DNA of 64,000 nucleotides from Thermodesulfovibrionales bacterium (GTDB lineage: Bacteria > Nitrospirota > Thermodesulfovibrionia > Thermodesulfovibrionales > SM23-35): assembly GCA_963715195.1 (NCBI GenBank), contig CAVQRT010000031.1, positions 96,001 through 160,000 on the forward strand, written 5' to 3'. Every line of letters begins with the position of its first letter. Positions within the stretch are counted from its first letter, which is position 1. The position numbers were made by a program, and so were the translations under genes. This document shows positions 27,441-39,289 of this stretch, in pieces. The notes beneath the pieces were generated by a model. It worked only from the letters and a program-made list of their open reading frames with translations. It ran no database searches and was not told the origin of the DNA.

Positions 27441-29519
27441 TTGTCACCTTTTTCGCTTCAAAAGACACGCAATATCGGTATCATGGCACACATCGATGCA
27501 GGGAAGACTACGAGTACCGAACGAATCCTCTATTACACAGGTGTTACCTACAAGATCGGAGAGGTTGATGAAGGCACTGCTGTCATGGACTGGATGGTAC
27601 AGGAGCAGGAGAGAGGCATCACCATTACCTCTGCCGCAACAACATGTCACTGGAAAGACTATCGGATTAATATCATAGACACCCCGGGTCATGTCGATTT
27701 CACTGTCGAAGTAGAAAGATCGCTGAGAGTACTTGATGGAGCTGTTGCCGTTTTCGATTCTGTCGCAGGTGTTGAACCCCAGTCGGAGACGGTATGGAGA
27801 CAGGCAAATAAGTACGGCGTTCCCCGTATTGCTTTTATGAACAAAATGGATCGTGTGGGGGCTGATTTTTTTATGAGTGTCAACAGCATGATTGAACGTC
27901 TTGATGCGAATCCCGTTCCGGTTCAGATACCGGTAGGAACCGAGGATAAGTTCAGGGGGCAGATCGATCTGGTCAACATGAAAGCACTGTATTTTGATGA
28001 TGAAACGCTTGGGGCAAATTTTCTTGAAGAGGACATCCCGGAAGCACTTCTCCCCACAGCACATCAATACCGTGATAAGATGCTTGAGGCACTGGCAGAC
28101 CTTGATGACGGTATTATGGAAAAGTACCTTGATAAGGCCGACATACAGATTGATGAAATCAAGAGAGCGATCAGAAAAGGCACACTCGAACTGAAAATCA
28201 CTCCGGTCATCTGCGGTTCTGCCTTCAGGAATAAAGGTGTTCAGCTTCTGCTTGATGCAATCGTTGACTACCTGCCTTCGCCGCTTGATATCCCCCCTGT
28301 TGTTGGAAAAATACCCAGGAGTGATTCTGTGATTGTACGGCATGCGCAGGATAGCGAACCATTTTCTGCAATCGCTTTTAAGGTAATGACCGACCCATTC
28401 GTGGGGCAGCTTACCTTTATACGCGTATATTCCGGAGTGTTAAACGCCGGATCATATATCTATAACTCAACAAAAGACATCAAAGAGCGGGTCGGAAGGC
28501 TTCTGAAGATGCACGCAAACAAGCGCGAGGAGGTCAAGGAGGTATCGGCAGGTGATATCGCTGCCGTTGTGGGGCTGAAACATACCCTGACGGGCGATAC
28601 GCTGTGTGATGAAAAGAATCCCATTATCCTCGAATCCATAGAGTTCCCGGAACCGGTTATGTCGGTTGCCATTGAACCAAAGACGAAGGCCGATCAGGAA
28701 AAACTCTCCCAGTCGCTTGCAAAGCTTGCCCAGGAAGACCCCTCGTTCCGGGTTTCCTTTAATGAAGAAACCGGCCAAACCATCATATCAGGCATGGGAG
28801 AGCTGCATCTTGAGATCATCGTTGACAGGCTGCTGCGGGAATTTAAGGTCTCTGCAAATGTCGGCAGGCCCCAGGTTGCTTATAAGGAGACAATACGGGG
28901 GTCGGCAAAGTCAGAGGGAAAATTTGTCAGACAGACCGGAGGCAGGGGACAGTACGGACATGTTATCATTCAAGTTGAGCCATCAGAGGCCGGTAAGGGA
29001 TTCGAATTCGAAAATAAGATCGTTGGTGGTGCTGTTCCGCGTGAATACATACCTGCCATCGAAAAAGGGATAAGAGAAGCGTCGGACAGGGGGATTCTTG
29101 CAGGGTATCCTGTTGTTGATGTCAAGGCAGTTCTGATTGACGGTTCGTACCATGAGGTTGATTCCTCTGAAATGGCCTTTAAAATCGCCGGCTCCATGGC
29201 GTTTAAGGAAGCTGCCAAGAACGCCAGGCCCATACTGCTCGAACCAATCATGAGTATCGAGATTGTCACTCCGGAGGAATACATGGGCGATGTTATCGGA
29301 GATCTGAACGCCCGCCGGGGAAGAGTGCACAACATAGAGCGAAGGGGAAACGTTCAGGTAATCAAGTCGCAGGCTCCGCTCGCAGAGATGTTCGGTTACG
29401 CAACAAGTTTGCGCTCAAAAACACAGGGCAGGGCAACATATACCATGCAGTTTTCGCACTACGATGAAGTTCCCAAGGGAGTTTCCGAGGGAATCATCGC
29501 CGTGGTGAGAGGCGGATAA
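27441..29519 (+). CDS. fusA: Elongation factor G
   Basis: [28 protein letters not shown] and GMGELHL motifs. Confidence 0.98.
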   Translation: MSPFSLQKTRNIGIMAHIDAGKTTSTERILYYTGVTYKIGEVDEGTAVMDWMVQEQERGITITSAATTCHWKDYRINIIDTPGHVDFTVEVERSLRVLDGAVAVFDSVAGVEPQSETVWRQANKYGVPRIAFMNKMDRVGADFFMSVNSMIERLDANPVPVQIPVGTEDKFRGQIDLVNMKALYFDDETLGANFLEEDIPEALLPTAHQYRDKMLEALADLDDGIMEKYLDKADIQIDEIKRAIRKGTLELKITPVICGSAFRNKGVQLLLDAIVDYLPSPLDIPPVVGKIPRSDSVIVRHAQDSEPFSAIAFKVMTDPFVGQLTFIRVYSGVLNAGSYIYNSTKDIKERVGRLLKMHANKREEVKEVSAGDIAAVVGLKHTLTGDTLCDEKNPIILESIEFPEPVMSVAIEPKTKADQEKLSQSLAKLAQEDPSFRVSFNEETGQTIISGMGELHLEIIVDRLLREFKVSANVGRPQVAYKETIRGSAKSEGKFVRQTGGRGQYGHVIIQVEPSEAGKGFEFENKIVGGAVPREYIPAIEKGIREASDRGILAGYPVVDVKAVLIDGSYHEVDSSEMAFKIAGSMAFKEAAKNARPILLEPIMSIEIVTPEEYMGDVIGDLNARRGRVHNIERRGNVQVIKSQAPLAEMFGYATSLRSKTQGRATYTMQFSHYDEVPKGVSEGIIAVVRGG

Positions 29520-29543
29520 CGCCGGTGAAAATAAGGAGGAGAA

Positions 29544-30743
29544 ATGGCGAAGGCAAAATTTGAGAGGGTAAAGCCTCATGCGAACATAGGGACGATCGGG
29601 CATGTAGACCACGGGAAGACGACGCTGACATCGGCGATCACGAAGATATTGGCGATGAAGGGGCAGGCGCAGTTCCGGTCATTTGACAGTATTGACAATG
29701 CGCCGGAGGAGAAGGCGCGGGGGATCACGATCGCGACGGCACACGTTGAGTATGAGACGGACAATCGGCACTATGCGCATGTAGACTGTCCGGGGCATGC
29801 TGATTACATAAAGAACATGATAACGGGGGCAGCGCAGATGGACGGAGCGATCCTGGTGGTATCTGCGGCGGACGGACCGATGCCGCAGACGCGGGAGCAC
29901 ATATTGTTGGCGCGGCAGGTAGGGGTTCCGTACATTGTGGTATTCATGAATAAAGTAGACATGGTGGATGATCCTGAGCTGCTGGACCTGGTGGAGCTTG
30001 AAGTGAGGGAGTTACTGACGAAGTATCAGTTTCCGGGGGACAAGATACCGGTGATACGGGGCAGTGCGTTGAAGGCGATGGGAAGTACGAGCACGGACTC
30101 TGGGGTAGAGGAGTACAAGTGCATTTTTGAACTGATGGAAGCGGTAGACAGCTACATACCGACGCCTGACCGGCCGATTGACAAACCGTTTTTGATGCCG
30201 ATAGAGGATGTATTTACGATATCGGGGCGCGGGACGGTGGTGACGGGGAGAGTTGAGCGCGGGATCGTTAAGGTAGGGGAAGAGGTAGAGATCGTGGGAC
30301 TGGGGGAGACGCGGAAGACGGTAGCGACTGGGGTAGAGATGTTCCGGAAGCTGCTGGATGAGGGGAGAGCGGGAGACAACATAGGGGTATTGTTACGGGG
30401 AGTAGGGAAAGAGGAAGTAGAGCGGGGGCAGGTATTGGCGAAACCCGGGAGCATAACGCCTCACACGAAATTCAAGGCGGAGGTATACATATTGACGAAG
30501 GAGGAAGGCGGGAGGCACACGCCGTTTTTCAAGGGATACCGGCCGCAGTTTTACTTTCGGACGACGGACGTAACGGGGGTCGCGCAGTTGCCTGAGGGGG
30601 TGGAGATGGTGATGCCCGGGGATAACGTGACGCTGTCGATAGAGCTGATATCGGCGATTGCGATGGAGAAGGAGCTGCGGTTTGCGATACGGGAGGGCGG
30701 CCGGACTGTTGGTGCCGGTGTTGTGACAGAGGTTATCCAGTAA
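29544..30743 (+). CDS. tuf: Elongation factor Tu
   Basis: [21 protein letters not shown] and [10 protein letters not shown] motifs. Confidence 0.99.
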   Translation: MAKAKFERVKPHANIGTIGHVDHGKTTLTSAITKILAMKGQAQFRSFDSIDNAPEEKARGITIATAHVEYETDNRHYAHVDCPGHADYIKNMITGAAQMDGAILVVSAADGPMPQTREHILLARQVGVPYIVVFMNKVDMVDDPELLDLVELEVRELLTKYQFPGDKIPVIRGSALKAMGSTSTDSGVEEYKCIFELMEAVDSYIPTPDRPIDKPFLMPIEDVFTISGRGTVVTGRVERGIVKVGEEVEIVGLGETRKTVATGVEMFRKLLDEGRAGDNIGVLLRGVGKEEVERGQVLAKPGSITPHTKFKAEVYILTKEEGGRHTPFFKGYRPQFYFRTTDVTGVAQLPEGVEMVMPGDNVTLSIELISAIAMEKELRFAIREGGRTVGAGVVTEVIQ

Positions 30744-30795
30744 ATGGAAGTCAAAAGATCTGCTGCAGGCATATCAAGGTAAGAGAGAGAAGAAC

Positions 30796-31101
30796 GTGAA
30801 CCAAAAGATCAGAATAAAATTAAGAGCTTATGACCATAGAATTCTCGACAGATCAGTAAAGGAAATTGTGGATACCGTACAGCGCACAGGTGCAAGGATA
30901 GCCGGGCCTGTTCCGCTACCGACAAGAATCAGCAGGGTGACTGTCCTCAGGTCTCCCCATGTTGACAAGAAATCCCGGGAGCAATTTGAAATCAGGACCC
31001 ATAAGCGGCTTATCGATATTGTCGATCCGACTCCACAGACGGTTGATGCCCTGATGAAATTAGAACTTGCAGCAGGTGTGGATGTTGAAATAAAGTTATG
31101 A
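30796..31101 (+). CDS. rpsJ: 30S ribosomal protein S10
   Basis: GPVPLPT and [13 protein letters not shown] motifs. Confidence 0.98.
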   Translation: MNQKIRIKLRAYDHRILDRSVKEIVDTVQRTGARIAGPVPLPTRISRVTVLRSPHVDKKSREQFEIRTHKRLIDIVDPTPQTVDALMKLELAAGVDVEIKL

Positions 31102-31168
31102 TAACGGAAAACAGCACAACGATATTATTTTTACTAATCATAGAGAGGCCAAACGCGGAGATCGGTAC

Positions 31169-31780
31169 ATGGTAGGCATTTTAGGGAAAAAACTCGGGAT
31201 GACACAAATCTATATGGAAGATGGCAAAGCATGTCCGGTTACGGTTGTCGAAGCGGGTCCATGCTGTGTCCTTCAGGTAAAAACCCTGGACAACGACGGA
31301 TACGAGGCTGTTAAAATCGGATTTTCAGAGGTAGGAGAAAGGAAAGTGAATAAGCCCCTCTTGGGGAATTTTAAAAAGGCGGGCGTCAAACCTTACAGAT
31401 TGCTAAGGGAATTCGCGATGGGCGGACTGCAGGTCGGCGAATTTATTACCGTCGAAAGATTTACCAAGGGCGATACAATTTCTGTATCGGGGATATCGAA
31501 GGGCAAGGGCTTTCAGGGAGTAATGAAAAGGCATCATTTTTCAGGAGGCCCGGGTTCCCACGGATCTATGTTCAACAGGGCACCCGGTTCGATCGGAGCG
31601 AGTTCATACCCGTCACGGGTTTGGAAAAATCAGGGAATGCCCGGTCATATGGGATCCGGAAGAGTAACGGTCAGAAACCTCGAAATTGTCGATGTCAAAA
31701 CTGATCAGAACATCCTGCTGATCAAAGGAGCAATTCCCGGGGCAATCGGTGCCGTGGTTGAGATTAAAAAGGAAGATTAA
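31169..31780 (+). CDS. rplC: 50S ribosomal protein L3
   Basis: GKKLGMTQ, SKGKGFQG and RAPGSIG motifs. Confidence 0.98.
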   Translation: MVGILGKKLGMTQIYMEDGKACPVTVVEAGPCCVLQVKTLDNDGYEAVKIGFSEVGERKVNKPLLGNFKKAGVKPYRLLREFAMGGLQVGEFITVERFTKGDTISVSGISKGKGFQGVMKRHHFSGGPGSHGSMFNRAPGSIGASSYPSRVWKNQGMPGHMGSGRVTVRNLEIVDVKTDQNILLIKGAIPGAIGAVVEIKKED

Positions 31781-31781
31781 G

Positions 31782-32411
31782 ATGCCGGAAATAGAGATAA
31801 AGGACAGAGATAACAGGACCATTGAAACGGTTCAGATACGTGATGATGTCTTTGGCGGGAAGGGAAAGAAGGGTCTCCTCCATCAGGTAGTCGTTAATTT
31901 TCTTGCAAACCAGCGACAGGGAACGCACAGCACAAAGACAAAAGGACTTGTGAGCGGGGGAGGCAGAAAACCATACAGACAGAAACATACGGGAAGGGCA
32001 CGAGCAGGAAGCAACCGCTCTCCGTTATGGAAGGGCGGCGGGACAATCTTCGGACCGCAGCCAAGAGATTATTCATATAAAGTTCCCAAAAAGGTAAAAA
32101 GACGCGCTCTAAAGGCAGCCCTCCACGAAAAACTCTCCAGTAATGAAATAATTGTATTGGATTCCATTCCTGTGGAAAAACCAAAAACAAAAGAGATGAT
32201 CACAATCCTGAAAAACCTCGGCCTTGATAAAAAAAGCGTGCTGATTGTACTCCCTGAGTACAGCGATTCCGTGGTTCTCTCTGCCAGGAATATCCCTGGT
32301 GTTAAAGTGGCGAGAACCATGGATCTCAACACCTATGATGTCATTGCTGCAAACATGCTTCTCATGACCAGGGAAGCATTAACGAGATTAGGGGACATAA
32401 AGGAATCATGA
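31782..32411 (+). CDS. rplD: 50S ribosomal protein L4
   Basis: RQGTHSTK and QKHTGRARAG motifs. Confidence 0.97.
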   Translation: MPEIEIKDRDNRTIETVQIRDDVFGGKGKKGLLHQVVVNFLANQRQGTHSTKTKGLVSGGGRKPYRQKHTGRARAGSNRSPLWKGGGTIFGPQPRDYSYKVPKKVKRRALKAALHEKLSSNEIIVLDSIPVEKPKTKEMITILKNLGLDKKSVLIVLPEYSDSVVLSARNIPGVKVARTMDLNTYDVIAANMLLMTREALTRLGDIKES

Positions 32412-32698
32412 AAAATATCTATACAATACTCAAGAGGCCGCTTTTTACGGAAAAAGGGAGCAGCCTGAAAGAAATGCACAACAAGATTCTTGTTGAAGTT
32501 GCAAAGAATGCAAACAAGCTTGACATCAAGAAAGCCGTTGAGGACATTTTCAAGGTAAAGGTCGAAAAAATTGCGACGATCAATACAGAGGGCAAATGGA
32601 AACGGTATGGCAAGTTTACCGGCAAAAAACCCAACAGGAAGAAAGCAATCATAACTCTTAAGACGGGTGAAAAACTTGAGTTCATTGAAGGTGCATAA
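32408..32698 (+). CDS. rplW: 50S ribosomal protein L23
   Basis: PLFTEK and KKAIITL motifs; operon position. Confidence 0.96.
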   Translation: MKNIYTILKRPLFTEKGSSLKEMHNKILVEVAKNANKLDIKKAVEDIFKVKVEKIATINTEGKWKRYGKFTGKKPNRKKAIITLKTGEKLEFIEGA

Positions 32699-33516
32699 TG
32701 GCTATCAAGAAATATAATCCGACATCACCGGGCAGAAGATTTCAGTCGGTTTCCGATTTTGCTGATATTACAACAGATACTCCGCAGAAATCTCTTCTTA
32801 AACCTTTGCGAAAGAGCGGCGGGAGAAATAACATTGGACAGGTTACCATCTGGCACAGGGGTGGTGGCAACAGAAGGGCTCTCAGAATCATCGATTTTAA
32901 GAGAGACAAGGCGGGAGTGCCTGCTACGGTCAGGACAATAGAATATGATCCGAACCGGTCTGCACGGATAGCTCTCCTGTTTTACCGCGATGGTGAAAAA
33001 AGGTACATTGTTGCACCTGCGGGGCTTCGGGTCGGTGATGAGGTCGTATCGGGGAAAGGTGCGGAAATAAAAATCGGAAATTTTTTACCGCTCAGTGAGA
33101 TGCCTTTGGGAACATTTATACACAACATTGAATTAAGGCCCGGACAGGGGGCAAAGCTTGTCAGAAGTGCAGGGACATCAGCACAACTGATCGCAAAAGA
33201 GGACAGATATGCCCAGGTGAAACTGTCATCGGGTGAAGTGCGGTTTATTTTATCGCAATGCCATGCAACGGTCGGACAGGTCAGCAATCCTGATCACGAA
33301 AATATATCATATGGTAAGGCCGGGCGAATCCGGTGGTCCGGAAGAAGGCCGATTGTGCGAGGTGTCGCAATGAACCCGATAGACCATCCCCTTGGCGGGG
33401 GAGAGGGGAAGGCTTCAGGAGGCCGGCCTTCATGTACACCGTGGGGAAAGCCTGAAGGTATTAAGACAAGACACAACAAGAGAACCGACAGATCAATCAT
33501 AAAGAGGAGGAAATAG
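32698..33516 (+). CDS. rplB: 50S ribosomal protein L2
   Basis: EYDPNRSA and [17 protein letters not shown] motifs. Confidence 0.98.
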   Translation: MAIKKYNPTSPGRRFQSVSDFADITTDTPQKSLLKPLRKSGGRNNIGQVTIWHRGGGNRRALRIIDFKRDKAGVPATVRTIEYDPNRSARIALLFYRDGEKRYIVAPAGLRVGDEVVSGKGAEIKIGNFLPLSEMPLGTFIHNIELRPGQGAKLVRSAGTSAQLIAKEDRYAQVKLSSGEVRFILSQCHATVGQVSNPDHENISYGKAGRIRWSGRRPIVRGVAMNPIDHPLGGGEGKASGGRPSCTPWGKPEGIKTRHNKRTDRSIIKRRK

Positions 33517-33517
33517 A

Positions 33518-33802
33518 TTGGCAAGATCCCTCAAAAAAGGCCCGTTTGTTGATGAAAAACTCATGAAAAAAGTGAAGGTTATGGTGGACAGCGGTGAAAA
33601 GAAACTGATCAAAACATGGTCAAGACGGTCTACGATTATTCCCGAATTTATCGGTTATACGTTCGCGGTGCATAACGGGAGAAAATTCATCCCGGTTTAT
33701 GTGACTGAGAATATGGTCGGTCATAAGCTCGGCGAATTTGCACCAACAAGAACCTTTAAGAGCCATGCAGGTGCAGAAAAGGCCGCACCGGCAAAAGGGT
33801 AA
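33518..33802 (+). CDS. rpsS: 30S ribosomal protein S19
   Basis: [14 protein letters not shown] and GHKLGEF motifs. Confidence 0.98.
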   Translation: MARSLKKGPFVDEKLMKKVKVMVDSGEKKLIKTWSRRSTIIPEFIGYTFAVHNGRKFIPVYVTENMVGHKLGEFAPTRTFKSHAGAEKAAPAKG

Positions 33803-33815
33803 CGAAGGACTGCTC

Positions 33816-34151
33816 ATGGAATCAAAGGCAATTTTACGATATGCACGGATCACGCCGAGAAAGGCGCGCCGGGTCGTGGACCTTGTGAGATACAAGAATG
33901 CGGGAGATGCACTTATTTTCCTTAGATATATGCCATATCGGGGAGCACGGTTTGTCGAGAAACTTCTGAAGTCTGCCATAGCAAACGCCGAGCAGAAAAA
34001 AGCTGTGAACCCCGAGGAGATGAAGATTACTCAGGCCTTTGTTGATCAGGGGCCTGTTATGAAGCGTGTGGAACCAAGAGCGATGGGAAGGGCGAACATT
34101 ATCAGAAAAAGAAGTTCCCATATAACCCTGGTTTTATCAGAAGAAGGCTAA
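33816..34151 (+). CDS. rplV: 50S ribosomal protein L22
   Basis: [15 protein letters not shown] and PRAMGRA motifs. Confidence 0.97.
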   Translation: MESKAILRYARITPRKARRVVDLVRYKNAGDALIFLRYMPYRGARFVEKLLKSAIANAEQKKAVNPEEMKITQAFVDQGPVMKRVEPRAMGRANIIRKRSSHITLVLSEEG

Positions 34152-34162
34152 GGAGGTACGTT

Positions 34163-34810
34163 TTGGGTCAGAAGACACATCCGATAGGAAACAGGCTCGG
34201 GATTATCAAGACCTGGGATTCGAGATGGTTTGCCACGAAGGGCTATCGTGATTCGCTGCTGGAAGACTTAACGATAAGAAAAACCCTGAAGGAAAGGCTT
34301 TTTCATGCCGGAGTTCCCAAAATAGAGATAGAGAGGGCCGGTCAGAATATGAGAATCATCATTTATACTGCGCGGCCCGGAATCATAATCGGGAAAAAAG
34401 GGGCTGAGGTAGAAAAACTGAGAAAAGACCTGAAGGATATGACCAATAAGGAAGTTGCTATTGATATCAAGGAAATCAGAAAACCCGAGGTGGATGCGCA
34501 GCTTGTGGCCGAAAATGTAGCCCTTCAGCTTGAAAAGCGGGTTGCTTTCAGGAGGGCAATGAAAAAATCTGTGGCTTCTGCTCTCCGGTTCGGTACCCTG
34601 GGGGTCAAGATATCCTGCTCAGGGAGGCTTGCAGGAGCCGAAATAGCCCGATCTGAATGGTACAGGGAAGGAAGAGTTCCGCTCCATACCTTCAGGGCTG
34701 ATATCAACTATGGATTTGCCAAAGCAAAAACCACCTATGGAATTATCGGTGTGAAGGTCTGGATGTATCATGGTGATATTCTCCCGGAAGGCAGACCCAA
34801 GGAAATATAG
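34163..34810 (+). CDS. rpsC: 30S ribosomal protein S3
   Basis: [16 protein letters not shown] and GRVPLHT motifs. Confidence 0.98.
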   Translation: MGQKTHPIGNRLGIIKTWDSRWFATKGYRDSLLEDLTIRKTLKERLFHAGVPKIEIERAGQNMRIIIYTARPGIIIGKKGAEVEKLRKDLKDMTNKEVAIDIKEIRKPEVDAQLVAENVALQLEKRVAFRRAMKKSVASALRFGTLGVKISCSGRLAGAEIARSEWYREGRVPLHTFRADINYGFAKAKTTYGIIGVKVWMYHGDILPEGRPKEI

Positions 34811-34818
34811 GTGATACC

Positions 34819-35238
34819 ATGTTAATGCCCAAGAAGGTCAAATTCAGAAAGATGCAGAAGGGGAGGATGAACGGAAAGGCATATAGCGGCTCAACCGTAT
34901 CGTTTGGGGAATTTGGGTTGAGGGCTCTTGAGCCGGGCTGGGTTTCGAGCCAGCAGATTGAGGCGGCAAGGATTGCGATTACCCGTCATGCCAAGAGGGG
35001 CTGTAAGCTGTGGATCAGAATTTTCCCGGATAAACCGATAACCAAAAAACCCGCGGAAACGAGAATGGGAAAGGGTAAGGGTGCACCTGAATACTGGGTA
35101 GCTGTTGTCAAGCCTGGAAGGATAATCTACGAAATGTCAGGAGTGACGGAAGCGTTAGCCAAAGAGGCAATGCGTCTTGCTTCTCACAAATTGCCGATAG
35201 CCACAAAATTTACAAAACGCGATGAGGAGGTTCTGTGA
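34819..35238 (+). CDS. rplP: 50S ribosomal protein L16
   Basis: QIEAAR and ETRMGKGKG motifs. Confidence 0.98.
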   Translation: MLMPKKVKFRKMQKGRMNGKAYSGSTVSFGEFGLRALEPGWVSSQQIEAARIAITRHAKRGCKLWIRIFPDKPITKKPAETRMGKGKGAPEYWVAVVKPGRIIYEMSGVTEALAKEAMRLASHKLPIATKFTKRDEEVL

Positions 35239-35438
35239 AACCATCCGATTTCAGATCGCTGACGGTTGATGAATTGCAACAGAGGGAATATGACCTGAGG
35301 AAGGAACTTTTCAATCTCAGGTTTCAGCTGGCTACCGGGGAGATAGAGAACCCGATGCGCATAAGAACTGTCAGGAAAAATATTGCGCGGGTACTAACTA
35401 TTAAGAGTGAAAAGTTAAGAGTGAAGAGTGAAAAATGA
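35235..35438 (+). CDS. rpmC: 50S ribosomal protein L29 (C-terminus encoded by a heptamer repeat)
   Basis: ELFNLRFQ and RKNIARVLT motifs. Confidence 0.96.
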   Translation: MKPSDFRSLTVDELQQREYDLRKELFNLRFQLATGEIENPMRIRTVRKNIARVLTIKSEKLRVKSEK

Positions 35439-35443
35439 AAAGT
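35402..35443. repeat. Heptamer array (x6) overlapping the rpmC 3' end
   Basis: taagagt gaaaagt taagagt gaagagt gaaaaat gaaaagt. Confidence 0.75.
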
Positions 35444-35487
35444 TTTTCCGAAGGTTCTGTAACGTCTAACTGTCAGGAGAGGGAGAA

Positions 35488-35715
35488 GTGTTGAAAAAGG
35501 TTTACGCAGGAACAGTAGTAAGCAATAAGATGGATAAAACAGTTGTTGTTGCAGTTACTCGGCTCTTTCAGCATCCTGTATACAAGAAAACCGTCAAACG
35601 GGTAACAAAGTTCAAGGCACATGATGAGAAGAACACGTGTCAGATTGGTGACATCGTAAAGATTATCGAGACGAGACCTCTGAGCAAAGAGAAACGGTGG
35701 TTGGTAATAGAATAG
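35488..35715 (+). CDS. rpsQ: 30S ribosomal protein S17
   Basis: [12 protein letters not shown] and ETRPLSK motifs. Confidence 0.97.
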   Translation: MLKKVYAGTVVSNKMDKTVVVAVTRLFQHPVYKKTVKRVTKFKAHDEKNTCQIGDIVKIIETRPLSKEKRWLVIE

Positions 35716-35737
35716 TGTTCGAACGGAGTGATAAGAG

Positions 35738-36106
35738 ATGATTCAGTTGCGGAGTATGCTTGAGGTAGCAGATAATTCAGGCGCTAAAAAAGTACAGTGT
35801 ATAAAGGTTCTCGGGGGGTTTCACAAAAGATATGCGAGACTCGGTGATGTGGTCGTCGTCAGCGTCAAAGAAGCCTTGCCAGAGAGCAATATCAAAAAGG
35901 GATCAGTCGCAAAGGCCGTTGTAGTCCGGACGAGGAAAGAGCAGCGGAGAACTGACGGTTCCTATATCCGCTTCGACCAGAATGCCGTTGTGCTCATTAA
36001 TCCTCAGGGTGAACCGGTAGGGACCAGGATATTTGGTCCGGTAGCGAGGGAGCTCCGGTGGAAGGAGTTTACAAAAATAATTTCCCTGGCTCCGGAGGTT
36101 TTATAG
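35738..36106 (+). CDS. rplN: 50S ribosomal protein L14
   Basis: VADNSGAK and GTRIFGPV motifs. Confidence 0.98.
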   Translation: MIQLRSMLEVADNSGAKKVQCIKVLGGFHKRYARLGDVVVVSVKEALPESNIKKGSVAKAVVVRTRKEQRRTDGSYIRFDQNAVVLINPQGEPVGTRIFGPVARELRWKEFTKIISLAPEVL

Positions 36107-36113
36107 GAGAATT

Positions 36114-36434
36114 ATGGGCTTGCAGATAAAGAAAAATGATTCTATTTTAGTCATCAGCGGCAAGGAAAAAGGAAAAAGAGGAAGGGTGCTTTCAGTATCC
36201 CCCTCCAAGGACAGTCTCCTCGTGGAAAAAATCAATATGATCAAGCGACACATGAAGCCTTCCAGGAAGTATGCGCAGGGAGGCATTATTGAAAAGGAAG
36301 CACCTGTCCATATATCCAATGTTATGATGATTTGCCCGAAATGCAATAAACCGACGCGGATCGGAGGGATGTCTTTGCAGAGCGGCAAGAAAGTGCGTGT
36401 CTGCAAAAAATGCAGGGAGGTTATGGACCAGTAA
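36114..36434 (+). CDS. rplX: 50S ribosomal protein L24
   Basis: KOW motif ([10 protein letters not shown]) and EAPVHISN. Confidence 0.97.
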   Translation: MGLQIKKNDSILVISGKEKGKRGRVLSVSPSKDSLLVEKINMIKRHMKPSRKYAQGGIIEKEAPVHISNVMMICPKCNKPTRIGGMSLQSGKKVRVCKKCREVMDQ

Positions 36435-36976
36435 TGATTCCCAGGCTGAAAGAAAAATATCTCAAGGAAGTTGTTCCCAATATGATGAAGGAGTTTTCTT
36501 ATAAGAATATTATGGAAGTCCCTAGGATTGAGAAAATCGTTCTGAATGTCGGACTTGGAGAGGCTATCCAGAATATCAAGTTGCTCGATGCGGCACAAAA
36601 AGAGCTTTCACTGATTACCGGTCAGAAGGCTGTTGTTACCAAAGCAAAAAAATCGATTGCTGCTTTTAAATTGCGGAAAGGAAATCCGATTGGTTGCAAG
36701 GTGACGCTTAGAGGAAAAATGATGTACGAGTTTCTCGACAGATTCATCAGTCTATCCCTCCCTCGGATTAGGGATTTTAGGGGTATTTCAGGAAAATCAT
36801 TCGACGGAAGGGGAAACTATTCTCTCGGTCTCAAGGAGCAGTTCATCTTCCCTGAGATAGATTATGATAAAGTCGAGATGGTTCACGGGCTTGATGTCGT
36901 CTTCTGCACTACGGCGAAGACGGATCAGGAAAGCAAAGCCCTTTTGCGCCATTTTGGAATGCCGTTCAGGAATTAA
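36434..36976 (+). CDS. rplE: 50S ribosomal protein L5
   Basis: [15 protein letters not shown] and FDGRGN motifs. Confidence 0.98.
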   Translation: MIPRLKEKYLKEVVPNMMKEFSYKNIMEVPRIEKIVLNVGLGEAIQNIKLLDAAQKELSLITGQKAVVTKAKKSIAAFKLRKGNPIGCKVTLRGKMMYEFLDRFISLSLPRIRDFRGISGKSFDGRGNYSLGLKEQFIFPEIDYDKVEMVHGLDVVFCTTAKTDQESKALLRHFGMPFRN

Positions 36977-36983
36977 GGGAATT

Positions 36984-37069
36984 TTTGTTGTTGGTTATTT
37001 TGTCTTTTGCTCTGTAAGAAACGACAACTGATTACTGAAAACCAACAACTGACAACGAATAAAACAAAC
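36984..37069. repeat. Heptamer array pair (CTGACAA-type) between rplE and rpsZ
   Basis: acgacaa ctgatta ctgaaaa ccaacaa ctgacaa cgaataa, preceded by the complementary ttgttgttggttattttgtc. Confidence 0.7.
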
Positions 37070-37079
37070 GGAGTGGCAC

Positions 37080-37265
37080 ATGGCAAAAAGTTGCTTGATA
37101 GAAAAAAACAAAAGGCCGCCGAAGTTTAAGGTACGGGCCTATCACCGGTGCAAGTTATGTGGAAGACCGAGGGCGTATATCCGCAAATATGGCATATGCA
37201 GGATTTGTTTCCGGACTCTGGCACTTGAGGGTCAGATACCAGGTGTGGTAAAGGCAAGCTGGTGA
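37080..37265 (+). CDS. rpsZ: 30S ribosomal protein S14, type Z (zinc-binding)
   Basis: 61 aa; RCKLCGRPR...ICRICFR. Confidence 0.96.
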   Translation: MAKSCLIEKNKRPPKFKVRAYHRCKLCGRPRAYIRKYGICRICFRTLALEGQIPGVVKASW

Positions 37266-37289
37266 GAAGGTCCCGAATGGAGGTAATGA

Positions 37290-37682
37290 ATGCTGACTGA
37301 TCCAATTGCTGACATGTTAACGAGAATACGGAATGCTATGCGTATCAAATCTGATAAGGTCGATATCCCTATTTCCAAAATGAAGCTCGAGATAGCGAAA
37401 ATCATGAAGGAAGAAGGATTCATAAGGGCCTATAAAATATTGAAAGACAGAAAACAGGGTATTTTGCGGGTTATCCCCAAATATGTTGATGATCAGAGTC
37501 TCATTACGGGATTGAAAAGGGTGAGCAGGCCGGGCCGGAGATTTTACGTTCATAAAGATGAAATACCAAAAGTTATGGGCGGACTCGGAATCGCTATTCT
37601 GACAACATCCAAAGGCATTATGAGCGATAAGACTTGCCGGCGGGAGGGTGTTGGCGGGGAAGTCATCTGCTACGTGTGGTAA
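37290..37682 (+). CDS. rpsH: 30S ribosomal protein S8
   Basis: [13 protein letters not shown] and GGEVICYVW motifs. Confidence 0.98.
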   Translation: MLTDPIADMLTRIRNAMRIKSDKVDIPISKMKLEIAKIMKEEGFIRAYKILKDRKQGILRVIPKYVDDQSLITGLKRVSRPGRRFYVHKDEIPKVMGGLGIAILTTSKGIMSDKTCRREGVGGEVICYVW

Positions 37683-37697
37683 AGGAACGGAGAGAGC

Positions 37698-38240
37698 ATG
37701 TCACGAATCGGCAAAAAACCAATAGAGATACCTGAAAACGTTGCTGTTCATATCCAGGGGAGTACCATACAGATTAAGGGTCCCAAAGGGGAATTGAGCT
37801 GGTCCTGCCCCGAGAAGATTACGGTATCAGTCAACGGCGGAGTCATAGCTGTTGAGAGGGCAGGTGACAGCAAGAGTGAGCGCGCACTCCACGGACTCAC
37901 AAGGAGTATCATAACTAATATGGTTAAGGGGGTTTCCCAGGGGTATAAGAAAGTTCTTGATATCGTTGGCATCGGTTACAAGGCGCAGGTCTCCGGAGAT
38001 AAGATTATGCTTTCCCTGGGGTATTCCCATCCGATCGAGTTCCAGTTGCCGCCGGGTATTACGGCGTCGTCTGACCAGAAACAGGTTCAGATTACCCTGA
38101 CCGGTATTGATAAACAGCAGATCGGACAGGTTGCTGCGAGTCTCAACGCACTGCGACCCCCTGATGCTTATAAAGGCAAGGGGGTTAGATACTCGGGACA
38201 AAGGCTAAAATTGAAGGTCGGAAAGGCCGGTAAGAAATAA
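37698..38240 (+). CDS. rplF: 50S ribosomal protein L6
   Basis: MSRIGK, LGYSHP and PDAYKGKG motifs. Confidence 0.98.
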   Translation: MSRIGKKPIEIPENVAVHIQGSTIQIKGPKGELSWSCPEKITVSVNGGVIAVERAGDSKSERALHGLTRSIITNMVKGVSQGYKKVLDIVGIGYKAQVSGDKIMLSLGYSHPIEFQLPPGITASSDQKQVQITLTGIDKQQIGQVAASLNALRPPDAYKGKGVRYSGQRLKLKVGKAGKK

Positions 38241-38334
38241 ATAGGGTAATCACGTGCATTGTGCCCGTACCTGAAATATTCAACAGGACAGAAACGGGAC
38301 CTATAGGTACCTATAACAAGGGGCGGAGGTTGTT

Positions 38335-38697
38335 TTGACTGAGAGCAGGAAAGAAGAAAGAGCAAGAAGGCATATCAGGATACGGAAAAAAGTTTCCGGG
38401 ACGCCTGAAAGATTGCGGCTGTCAGTTTATCGGAGTTTAAATCACATATATGCTCAGCTTATTGACGACTCGAAGGGATATACGGTCGTTGCGGCGTCAA
38501 CCCGTGACAAGGAATTGCAAACGGGAAAATCGCACAAGGGAAATGTCCAGGCAGCGAAGCAGGTGGGTGCTCTCATCGCAAAAAGGGCGCTGGACAAGGG
38601 TATAAAAAAAGTTGTCTTTGACAGAAGCGGATATCTGTATCATGGTGCTGTGAAAGCTCTGGCCGAAGCTACGAGAGAAGCCGGACTTGAATTCTGA
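38335..38697 (+). CDS. rplR: 50S ribosomal protein L18
   Basis: RLSVYRS and [12 protein letters not shown] motifs. Confidence 0.97.
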   Translation: MTESRKEERARRHIRIRKKVSGTPERLRLSVYRSLNHIYAQLIDDSKGYTVVAASTRDKELQTGKSHKGNVQAAKQVGALIAKRALDKGIKKVVFDRSGYLYHGAVKALAEATREAGLEF

Positions 38698-38779
38698 TGC
38701 GGTTTTCGTATCCGATCTTCAGATGCCTGCAACAAATCCGTGATAACGAAGCGGAATACTTAATTTATATGGAGGGTTT

Positions 38780-39289
38780 GTGGAGAAGATTGATTCGGAA
38801 GGCCTGAATTTACGAGATAAGGTCGTCTATATCAACAGAGTCGCCAAAGTCGTAAAAGGCGGGAGACGTTTTTCCTTTACCGCACTTGTTGTCGTGGGGG
38901 ATGGGGACGGAACTGTTGGTGTGGGAAAGGGAAAGGCATCGGAAGTTCCCGAGGCGATACGAAAGGCGGTGGAACAGGCAAAGAAATCCCTTGTCAGGTT
39001 TCCGATAAAAGATGGGACATTGCCCCACCGGATTATCGGCAGATTTGGCTCCGGGACCGTCGTGATAAATCCTGCGGTCAAGGGCACCGGTATCATAGCC
39101 GGAGGTGCTGTCAGGGCTATTCTTGAGGTCGGTGGTGTTCAGAATGTTGTTGCAAAATCACTTCGCAGTCATAACCCTTTTAATTCTGTCAAAGCGACAT
39201 TGCATGGACTTATGAGTCTTAAGAATCCTGACGCGGTTATGAAGCTGAGAGGGAAAACCGAGGAAGAGACACAACAGGAGGTTTCATGA
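38780..39289 (+). CDS. rpsE: 30S ribosomal protein S5
   Basis: [14 protein letters not shown] and GTGIIAGG motifs. Confidence 0.98.
   Translation: MEKIDSEGLNLRDKVVYINRVAKVVKGGRRFSFTALVVVGDGDGTVGVGKGKASEVPEAIRKAVEQAKKSLVRFPIKDGTLPHRIIGRFGSGTVVINPAVKGTGIIAGGAVRAILEVGGVQNVVAKSLRSHNPFNSVKATLHGLMSLKNPDAVMKLRGKTEEETQQEVS

Noticed and set aside
2523..37069. Heptamer arrays as CRISPR repeats
   Set aside because: No 23-47 nt direct repeats with unique spacers and no cas genes.
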